From positions 2,610,001-2,642,000 of the forward strand of contig NC_008312.1 in assembly GCF_000014265.1 (NCBI RefSeq): a stretch of DNA of 32,000 bases. The letters are read 5' to 3'. A program made the translations under genes and the position numbers. This stretch comes from Trichodesmium erythraeum IMS101 (GTDB lineage Bacteria > Cyanobacteriota > Cyanobacteriia > Cyanobacteriales > Microcoleaceae). Under the pieces are notes generated by a model. The model did no database searches. It saw nothing but the letters and a program-made list of their open reading frames with translations, and was not told the DNA's origin. Below are positions 20,101 to 27,043 of this stretch, piece after piece; position 1 is the stretch's first letter; each line of letters begins with the position of its first letter.

Positions 20101-21480
20101 AGGTTTTAGGTTTGAAGTTTTAAGTCTCAATTTTTTGAGGTTTTAGGTTTGAAGTTTGAAGTTTGAGGTCTCAATTTTTTGAGGCTTTAGGTTTGAAGTT
20201 TTAAGTCTCATTTTTTTGAGGTTTTAGTTTGAGGTTTGAGGTTTTAGGTTTGAAGTTTGAGGTCTCATTTTTTTGAGGTTTTAGTTTGAGGTTTGAAGTT
20301 TGAGGTCTCATTTTTTTGAGGTTTTAGTTTGAGGTTTGAAGTTTGAGGTCTCATTTTTTTGAGGTTTGAGGTTTGAAGTTTGAAGTTTTAAGTCTCAATT
20401 TTTTGAGGTTTGAAGTTTGAAGTTTGAGGTCTCATTTTTTTGAGGTTTTAGTTTGAGGTTTGAGGTTTTAGGTTTGAAGTTTGAGGTCTCATTTTTTTGA
20501 GGTTTTAGGTTTTAGGTGTTAGTTTTAGGTTTGAAGTTTGAGGTCTCATTTTTTTGAGGTTTTAGGTTTGAAGTTTGAAGTTTGAGGTCTCATTTTTTTG
20601 AGGTTTGAAGTTTGAAGTTTGAGGTTTTAGGTTTGAAGTTTGAGGTCTCATTTTTTTGAGGTTTTAGGTTTGAGGTTTGAAGTTTTAAGTCTCATTTTTT
20701 TGAGGTTTTAGGTTTGAAGTTTGAAGTTTGAGGTCTCATTTTTTTGAGGTTTTAGGTTTGAAGTTTGAGGTCTCATTTTTTTGAGGTTTTAGTTTTAGGT
20801 TTGAGGTTTTAGGTTTGAAGTTTGAGGTCTCATTTTTTTGAGGTGTTAGTTTTAGGTGTTAGGTTTTAGGTTTGAAGTTTGAGGTCTCATTTTTTTGAGG
20901 TTTTAGGTTTTAGGTTTTAAGTTTTAAGTCTCATTTTTTTGAGGTTTTAGGTTTGAAGTTTGAAGTTTGAGGTCTCATTTTTTTGAGGTTTGAAGTTTGA
21001 AGTTTGAGGTCTCATTTTTTTGAGGTTTTAGTTTTAGGTTTTAAGTTTGAGGTATCAATTTTTTGAGGTTTTAGTTTTAGGTTTGAAGTTTGAGGTCTCA
21101 ATTTTTTGAGGTTTGAAGTTTGAAGTTTTAAGTCTCAATTTTTTGAGGTTTTACGTTTGAAGTTTGAAGTTTTAAGTCTCAATTTTTTGAGGTTTTACGT
21201 TTTAAGCTTTAAGTTTGAGGTCTCATTTTTTTGAGGTGTTAGTTTTAGGTGTTAGGTTTGAGGTTTTAAGTTTGAGGTCTCAATTTTTTGAGGTTTTAAG
21301 TTTTAAGTTTGAGGTCTCAATTTTTTGAGGTTTTAGGTTTGAAGTTTTAGGTGTTAGTTTTGAAGTTTGAGGTCTCAATTTTTTGAGGTTTTAGGTGTTA
21401 GGTTTTAGGTGTTAGTTTTGAAGTTTGAGGTATCAATTTTTTGAGGTTTTAGGTGTTAGGTTTGAAGTTTGAGGTCTCAG
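17110..21480 (+). repeat. Hierarchical tandem array of 4.37 kb. Runs of 7-nt units (TTTTAGG, TTTGAAG, TTTGAGG, TGTTAGG, TTTTAAG) are punctuated by a conserved element TCTCA(A/T)TTTTTTGAGG
   Basis: My hand count finds about 97 punctuation elements, an average module of about 45 bp with usually 3-7 heptamers. The plus strand is almost C-free outside TCTCA. The supplied track shows no ORF of 60 aa or more in any frame between 17083 and 21487. Confidence 0.97.
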
Positions 21481-21553
21481 GTGTCAAGTGTTATTTTTTA
21501 ATTGTCATATGTTATCTATTGGGCCATGTTTTCTCATTTTCCCAAAAAATTTC

Positions 21554-21572
21554 GACTCGCCAAAGGCGAGAC
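21554..21572 (-). promoter_or_regulatory. GC-rich hairpin followed by a T-run downstream of VR2; either a DGR target-site hairpin/cruciform or an intrinsic terminator
   Basis: The sense strand reads GTCTCGCC-TTT-GGCGAGTC then GAAATTTTTTGGG. The stem is 6 bp perfect, or 8 bp with one mismatch. The copy at 24356-24374 is nearly identical, differing only in the loop. Confidence 0.6.
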
Positions 21573-21604
21573 TAAATAGGGCAAAAGGGCAAAAGGGCAA
21601 AGGG

Positions 21605-22522
21605 CTATTCAGGAGTCCTGGGGGGGAAACTCACAAGACGAAAACCAACAAAGTCGTTGACCGCCTCGACCGAGAAATAGTAGCCGCGGAACGCAGAGCG
21701 ACACCACCAAGGAAAGTCGTACCAGGAGCCGCCCCGTAATCTTTTTGTAGTATATTTTGTAGTATTTTGATTACTTGATACCCATGGACTACCATCATTA
21801 GGTGCGCCCTCGTAATTATCATGCGAGTCATCTTCGCACCATTCCCAGACATTCCCGTGCATATCATATAATCCAAAAAGATTAGCAACTTTGAAGTAAC
21901 CAACTGGAGTGGTTTGTTCTCTATATTCTCCTTTTGGGCCTCTGCCGTAAGAGCCAGACGATTTTTTTTCCCCATCATCCTTTCCACGATAGTTAGCGAG
22001 GTCTGTGGTAATAGTTTCCCCAAAATGAAAAGGCGTAGTTGTTCCTGCACGACAAGCATATTCCCATTGTGCTTCACTGGGTAGCTGATAGTTTCTTTCT
22101 GTCTTCTGACTTAACCGGGCACAAAACTCTTGAGCATCTAGCCAAGAAACTTTCTCAACTGGGCGAGTCCAACGATTATATTTTTCATAGTCATCTTTAA
22201 AATATGAAGGGTCAGGCTTAAGGTCACGTTCAATTTTTTCTGTAGTTTCAACAACAGCTTTCCACTGGCCTTGAGTAATGGGATAACGCCCCATAAAAAA
22301 TTCTGGTACTGTAACTTCATGTTGTGGGCGTTCAGAATGAGTCGAATCTAGCTCATTTTCTGGAGCACCCATAATAAACTTGCCTGCTGGTATCTTAACC
22401 ATAGCCAGTTCAACATTATTGCCCAGGTCTTCGGTATAGTATTCAGCTTGTTCTTTTTTCTTACGAATAGTAATTCTTACCATGGATCTATATATATATG
22501 AAGTCGGGCAACAGTTCAGCAT
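21605..22522 (-). CDS. Stand-alone FGE-sulfatase (SUMF1 / C-type-lectin-fold) domain protein; DGR target 2
   Basis: The sequence reads MVKIPAGKFIMGAPENE...RPQHEVTVPEFFMGRYPITQGQW...VSWLDAQEFCARLS...LPSEAQWEYACRAGTTTPF...GLYDMHGNVWEWCED...LRGGSW...CRSAFR...GFRLV. The likely start is the ATG at 22483 (MVRITIRKKK). The C-terminal 38 aa are encoded by VR2. Confidence 0.88.
   Translation of the reverse strand: MLNCCPTSYIYRSMVRITIRKKKEQAEYYTEDLGNNVELAMVKIPAGKFIMGAPENELDSTHSERPQHEVTVPEFFMGRYPITQGQWKAVVETTEKIERDLKPDPSYFKDDYEKYNRWTRPVEKVSWLDAQEFCARLSQKTERNYQLPSEAQWEYACRAGTTTPFHFGETITTDLANYRGKDDGEKKSSGSYGRGPKGEYREQTTPVGYFKVANLFGLYDMHGNVWEWCEDDSHDNYEGAPNDGSPWVSSNQNTTKYTTKRLRGGSWYDFPWWCRSAFRGYYFSVEAVNDFVGFRLVSFPPRTPE
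21611..21732 (-). other. DGR variable repeat 2 (VR2), including the IMH at its 3' end
   Basis: Hand alignment to TR 22642-22763 finds 18 mismatches within 22651-22763, and all are at TR adenines (T on the plus strand). Confidence 0.9.
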
Positions 22523-22641
22523 TGCTTACTGGGCCGCCCAACTCAATTTGATTTTCGGATGCCGTTACCAACATCGCCGGAACAGGTCTGGACTCTTCTT
22601 TGGCACGCCCGACATATTCCCATATGCCAGTTCTGGCACAG

Positions 22642-22763
22642 AAGAGTGCTGGGGGGGAAACTCACAAGACGAAAACCAATATTGTTGTTGTCCGCCTCGT
22701 CCGAGTTATAGTTGTTGCGGTTCGCAGAGCGACACCTCCTAGGATAGTTGTTCCAGGAGCCGC
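22642..22763 (-). other. DGR template repeat (TR), non-coding and transcribed as the RT template
   Basis: It is homologous to both VRs. Conceptual translation is Asn-rich (NSGSWNNYPRRCRSANRNNYNSDEADNNNIGFRLVSFPP), with AAY codons wherever the VRs vary. It is not preceded by the rest of an FGE domain. Confidence 0.9.
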
Positions 22764-22879
22764 TGTTTGCCTGCCCCACATTTAGTATAGTTCAAATTGA
22801 TCAAATTTAACGATTAAATGTTCCCTGTCCGGAGGTCTTGCCGGAAATAGATTTACTTTTACCTTGGTGAATTTCTCAT

Positions 22880-23944
22880 TTAACCCTGGGAACGGGAAAA
22901 GCCATAGGATGCAAAAATAGATTGGCGTAATTTATAGGTATCTCCGTGGGACAAGTGGGCTTCCCAACTTTGCATTCGTTCTTTCAATTTTTCTAAGGAC
23001 AGAGTACCGTTTTGATAATCTTTCTGCATTTGCTTTAGTCGCTTTCGCCCTCGCCTGAGGTTGTCATTGCGGACTCGAATTCTCTCTGGAAATACTCGAA
23101 AACCTACAAAGTTTGCTCCGTGGCGGGTTTCAAATATTTGAGTTTTAATGGGATGAATTTTTAAACGTAGAGCAGTAAGGTTTTGTTCTATTTTTTGTCT
23201 AGCTTGAGTTAAAGTTTCTCGGTGGTCGCTAAAAAGTGCAAAGTCATCAACGTATCGTAAGTATTTTTTGATTTGCAATTTCTCTTTGACAAAATGATCG
23301 AGGCTATCCAAGAAAAAGTTAGCTAAAAATTGACTGGTTAGGTTGCCTATGGGTAGACCTTTTCGCCGGAGTACGGGAGTGGTCGGGTTATCTCCTGGAA
23401 AATATTCTAGCACAGGTTCTTGAGGGTTACTACCATCAATAATTGTATCGATTAACCATAATGTGTTTTGGTATTTAGTTTTCGGGCGGTTCTTGGTTTT
23501 GAGAATTTCTAGGTCAATACTGGGAAAATATTTCTGAATGTCGCATTGCAGAATATATTTGCTGGAACGAGAAAAGTTGATAAAACGTTGCAGGGCTCGG
23601 TGAGAACTGTAGTCTATACGGTTAGCATAGGTATGGTGGATAAAATAATGTTCTACTAGGGGGACAATGATGTTACATAGAGGGTGGTGAACGACGCGAT
23701 CGCGATAAGGTGCGGCAGAAATTAACGGGGGCTTGGGGTCATATATTCTAAAAGTTTTGTAAGCTCCGGGAGAATAGGTTTTATCTCGCAGTTGGGCTGG
23801 TAGTTTGAATATGTTTGTTTCTAAGTTTTAGTTAAATTCTGGGATGTTGTCTCGAAGTCGCTTGCCTTTTTGAGCGTAACGAGCGGCTAAAAACAAGTTT
23901 TTCCAGGCTACAATTTGGGGCCAAAGGTTTCCATGACGTTTCAT
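22880..23944 (-). pseudogene. DGR-type reverse transcriptase; 354 codons are open apart from one in-frame TAA at codon 39
   Basis: Hand translation from the ATG at 23944 gives [45 protein letters not shown]...[13 protein letters not shown]...[11 protein letters not shown]...LPIGNLTSQ...YVDDFALF. The TAA is at 23830..23828. The (I/L)GxxxSQ motif is DGR-specific rather than group II-like. Confidence 0.85.
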
Positions 23945-23968
23945 TGGATTTTGTTTTAAGTTTGATTA

Positions 23969-24310
23969 TTAGGGTTCAGATAAGTTTTTAGTCCAACTAC
24001 CTAAGTCAGATCCTATTCCATTGATCTGTATATTTATATATTTGTAGCGATCGCTGGAAATTAATTCAAAATCTGAGAGTAGGCGAGTTTGGTGCCGAAT
24101 AACATCAAGTTTAATGTTCAGGTTTTGCAAAATCTCTAATTTTTCACTGGTGCTAAAACGGGCACGAATCAGATTTTCCAGCAAATCATAAAGATGATTA
24201 ATTATCCGCGTTCCTAAACCAAGACGATAATTCCTTGGCAAACGATTTAATACTGGGACATACCATTTAATAAAATCATAGGTCTTTTGAATAATTGGTA
24301 ATTCATTCAT
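23969..24310 (-). CDS. avd: Avd-type accessory variability determinant (four-helix-bundle, 23S rRNA IVS protein family)
   Basis: The sequence reads MNELPIIQKTYDFIKWYVPVLNRLPRNYRLGLGTRIINHLYDLLENLIRARF... (113 aa). It sits between the target and the RT. The longer ORF reaching 24394 would run through the conserved VR 3' flank, so I place the start at 24310. Confidence 0.8.
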   Translation of the reverse strand: MNELPIIQKTYDFIKWYVPVLNRLPRNYRLGLGTRIINHLYDLLENLIRARFSTSEKLEILQNLNIKLDVIRHQTRLLSDFELISSDRYKYINIQINGIGSDLGSWTKNLSEP

Positions 24311-24355
24311 ATTTTTATATTTGGGCCATATTTTCTCAATTTCAAAAAAAATTTC

Positions 24356-24374
24356 GACTCGCCAGAGGCGAGAC
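24356..24374 (-). promoter_or_regulatory. GC-rich hairpin followed by a T-run downstream of VR1; either a DGR target-site hairpin/cruciform or an intrinsic terminator
   Basis: The sense strand reads GTCTCGCC-TCT-GGCGAGTC then GAAATTTTTTTT. It lies about 40 nt 3' of the IMH, in the 96-nt gap between the target stop (24407) and the avd start (24310). Confidence 0.6.
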
Positions 24375-24406
24375 TGAAAAGGGCAAAAGGGCAAAAGAGC
24401 AAAGGG

Positions 24407-27040
24407 CTATTCAAGAGTCCTGGGGGGGAAACTCACAAGACGAAAACCAAAATTGATGATGACCGCCCCGTCCGAGCTAAAGTCGTAGCGGTACGCAGAG
24501 CGACACCACCAAGGATAGTTGAGCCAGGAGCCGCCCCGTAATACTTTTGTAGAATATTTTGTAGTATTTTGATTACCTGATAGCCATGGACTACCATCAT
24601 TGGGTGCACCCTCATAATTATCATGCATATCATCTTCGCACCATTCGTAAACATTCCCGTGCATATCGTATAAGCCAAAAGGATTGGCCACTTCAAAACT
24701 ACCAACAGGAGTTGTTTCTTCTCTATACTTGCCTTTTGTCCCTTGGCCATAAGTATAATTGCCATCATAATTGGCCAGGTCTGTAGTAATAGTTTCCCCA
24801 AAATGAAAGGGTGTAGTTGTTCCTGCACGACAAGCATATTCCCATTGAGCTTCACTGGGAAGCCCATAGTTTCTGCCTGTATATTTGGATAGTCTGGCAC
24901 AAAACTCTACTGCATCATACCAAGACACTCTTTCTACAGGTCGATCATTTCCTTTAAAATATGAAGGGTTAGACTTAAGGTCACGTTCAATTTTTGGCAC
25001 ATTATCAACAATGGCTTTCCACTGACCTTGAGTAACAGGGTAGCGACCCATGAGAAAAGCTGAAATATTCACCTGATGTTGAGGACCTTCACGACTTTCT
25101 CGTTCCAATTCATCTTCTGGGGAGCCCATAAGAAACTTTCCTGGGGGAATTTCCACCATTTCAAGTTTAATTCCATTCCCCAAGTCTTCCACAATACCTG
25201 TAACTTGTCGGCGTTGTTTTTTGATAGCCCATCGATATCCAAATAATCTCAATAATTCTGAACGTCTTTTTTCCAACCTTGCTAGATCAAACTCAAAGGT
25301 TACAGTTTCCTGCACTTCAATGAAAGCAACGTCAAAAGTATCAGTTTGAATTTGAGGTTCTGATCTGACTTCTGACTCGGGAGTTTCAAAAATGGGAGGA
25401 ACAGAAACAGGTCGAATTTTCTGGGCAACCTTCTCAGCAAACTCAGCATATTCTCCACCTAAATTTTCCAATACATCAACAGCAACTTGAGCAAAAGGTA
25501 AGACTTGCTCCCGGTCTTCCTCCTCATATTGAGGCAATAAGGTCAACAAAGCTCGAAAACTACGAATAGGTCGGTCAATTTTTTCAGCGATGTAACGAGA
25601 AACAGCATCCAGAACAGCCGTAGTTTCGTTGCGCCCCATTGCCTGGTTCAACTCTTTTCGGACACCAGGAAGAAATTCATAAGTTGGTTGATCATCCTTA
25701 GAGTCAGTTGGAGCAAGCAAACCTCCCATATAAACTTCCGCCACATGAACGGTGGTAGCTTCCTTTAAGAGAGTTTTGCGAATTAAGTTAACCACAGACA
25801 AATTCACCGGAGCCGCCGCCATCATCCCTGCGAGTCGTTGAGCAGTAATAGAAGTTGTTGCCAGAAATTTTCTCACCCTAGTTGTAGGTGAAATTTCTTT
25901 TTTAGGGGTGGGTAGCTCTGGTGGAGAGTCTTCTTGTTTTTGGCAAAATTGCTTTTCAACAAAAGATAAATCAAATAAAAATATAGGTACTCGTGAGTTA
26001 CTAGCTCCGGACACTATCCGACACCAACTTTTCAAAAGTTCAGGTTCAGGCAGAATGACAGGTAAAACCAAAGCATTCTTCCAGTTTATAGGTATCCAGG
26101 GAGGTAAATTTTCCAAAACCAACCGGGGGTTAGGAACTCCTGGTGCAACAGCAGTACCAAAAAATTTACTTCCCACTCCCAGTTGAGTGCTATCCCAAAG
26201 ATATTCAGGGAATAACTGTAATATTGTTGTGGGGTTTTTTTCTGACCAAACTTTTAACCAGTGGTGAACAGTACCATTTTGCCAAATTTTAGAAGTACAG
26301 TCACTGACAAAAATAACTACTCCCCGCTGGTTAGAATGAATTAATTCTCGATGACTATGTTGACGTTGCTTTGGTTTACCGCTGTTATGTCGCCGGACTA
26401 ATTTTAATTTTTTAGTATTTGAACTGAGCAAACTCCAGACTCGGACATTTTTAAATGCTCCCTGAGTTTCCAAGACTTCTTGCATTTCATTCACCGTCTC
26501 TCTCCAAATAAAAGCGGAACTCGACTCTTCTACCACCAGTTCTAAGTCAAGCCAGCGTTCGGGTTCTGGTTTAGTAACGGGCAACCAGATATCCTGCTCG
26601 GCAATAACATTAACAGTTTCTTCTTCGTCTAGTGTTTTTCTGGAGAGAGAGGGAACTTTCCGCATCAGAGGACGCAAAGCACGACCTAACTCCAGTACAT
26701 TCTGGAGAGCTGGAGCCGCGGGTGTTTGGAATGGCAAACCTTTAACTGGAGGTTTTTCGGGGGTTTGGTCTATTGATTCCTCCGTGATCACTGATACTTG
26801 AGGTTCTCTCTCGGTAACAGGTTGAGGATCACTGTCTTCAAAAATTATCGGCAGTTGTTCCGGTTGCTGTTCATATTTTGGCTTCGGCTTTTGTGGAGTC
26901 TTCACCGTACCCATTTGTAAAGCCAACCAAATACTATCAGCAATATTTTCATCGCTGAGTTCCAGACCTTCTAAAATTCCGGTTCGAGCGAGTCGGTCTA
27001 TCAAAAGTTTAATGGTGTGCTCAAAACTGGAACTACTCAT
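24407..27040 (-). CDS. Multidomain sensor protein and DGR target 1. Order: N-terminal helical domain, Pro/Glu-rich linker, vWA-like domain, middle region, C-terminal FGE-sulfatase (C-type-lectin-fold) domain
   Basis: The vWA-like part reads LELVVEESSSAF (an ExSxS MIDAS-like motif) ... GVVIFVSDCTSKIWQNGTVHHWLKVWSEKNPTTILQLFPEYLW. The FGE part reads MVEIPPGKFLMGSPEDE...GPQHQVNISAFLMGRYPVTQGQW...SWYDAVEFCARLS...LPSEAQWEYACRAGTTTPF...GLYDMHGNVYEWCED...LRGGSW...CRSAYR...GFRLV. Its start lies 4 nt after the stop of the upstream gene. Confidence 0.88.
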   Translation of the reverse strand: MSSSSFEHTIKLLIDRLARTGILEGLELSDENIADSIWLALQMGTVKTPQKPKPKYEQQPEQLPIIFEDSDPQPVTEREPQVSVITEESIDQTPEKPPVKGLPFQTPAAPALQNVLELGRALRPLMRKVPSLSRKTLDEEETVNVIAEQDIWLPVTKPEPERWLDLELVVEESSSAFIWRETVNEMQEVLETQGAFKNVRVWSLLSSNTKKLKLVRRHNSGKPKQRQHSHRELIHSNQRGVVIFVSDCTSKIWQNGTVHHWLKVWSEKNPTTILQLFPEYLWDSTQLGVGSKFFGTAVAPGVPNPRLVLENLPPWIPINWKNALVLPVILPEPELLKSWCRIVSGASNSRVPIFLFDLSFVEKQFCQKQEDSPPELPTPKKEISPTTRVRKFLATTSITAQRLAGMMAAAPVNLSVVNLIRKTLLKEATTVHVAEVYMGGLLAPTDSKDDQPTYEFLPGVRKELNQAMGRNETTAVLDAVSRYIAEKIDRPIRSFRALLTLLPQYEEEDREQVLPFAQVAVDVLENLGGEYAEFAEKVAQKIRPVSVPPIFETPESEVRSEPQIQTDTFDVAFIEVQETVTFEFDLARLEKRRSELLRLFGYRWAIKKQRRQVTGIVEDLGNGIKLEMVEIPPGKFLMGSPEDELERESREGPQHQVNISAFLMGRYPVTQGQWKAIVDNVPKIERDLKSNPSYFKGNDRPVERVSWYDAVEFCARLSKYTGRNYGLPSEAQWEYACRAGTTTPFHFGETITTDLANYDGNYTYGQGTKGKYREETTPVGSFEVANPFGLYDMHGNVYEWCEDDMHDNYEGAPNDGSPWLSGNQNTTKYSTKVLRGGSWLNYPWWCRSAYRYDFSSDGAVIINFGFRLVSFPPRTLE
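24413..24534 (-). other. DGR variable repeat 1 (VR1), including the IMH at its 3' end
   Basis: Hand alignment to TR finds 14 mismatches within the segment matching TR 22651-22763, and all are at TR adenines. Confidence 0.9.
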
Positions 27041-27043
27041 ATT

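Noticed and set aside
17110-21480. Possible CRISPR array, suggested by the regularly recurring conserved element separated by variable-length segments
   Set aside because: The conserved element is only about 16 nt. The putative spacers are low-complexity runs of the same few heptamers rather than unique sequences, and their lengths vary in steps of 7. No cas genes or leader are nearby.
17110-21480. Telomere of a linear replicon, suggested by the TTTTAGG-type G-strand repeats
   Set aside because: The array is internal and flanked on both sides by ordinary chromosomal genes. It is interrupted every 45 bp or so by the punctuation element. There are no terminal features.
21488-22320. ORFs 21488..21739(+), 21631..22077(-) and 22138..22320(-), plus the similar 24433..24900(-), 24586..24786(+) and 25908..26186(+)
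   Set aside because: These are alternative-frame or antisense shadows of the FGE-sulfatase and vWA coding frames, which carry the recognisable motifs.
22543-22785. ORFs 22543..22779(-), 22600..22785(+) and 22482..22742(+) from the six-frame track
   Set aside because: They are read through the DGR template repeat. The minus-strand ORF is the Asn-rich conceptual translation of TR with no FGE domain in front of it, so it is a non-coding template and not a gene.
22880-23944. Reverse transcriptase as a group II intron or retron RT
   Set aside because: It has the DGR-type (I/L)GxxxSQ motif. It has no maturase/X or endonuclease domain. It sits beside an Avd gene and a TR/VR set with adenine-only mismatches. 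I recognised no intron domain V/VI-like RNA.
24311-24394. N-terminal extension of the avd ORF as drawn in the track (MPFCPFQSRLWRVEIFFEIEKIWPKYKN...)
   Set aside because: This stretch is the conserved non-coding 3' cassette shared with the second target (hairpin, T-run and octamer repeats). Avd homologues begin near MNELPIIQKTYDF, so the start is placed at 24310.
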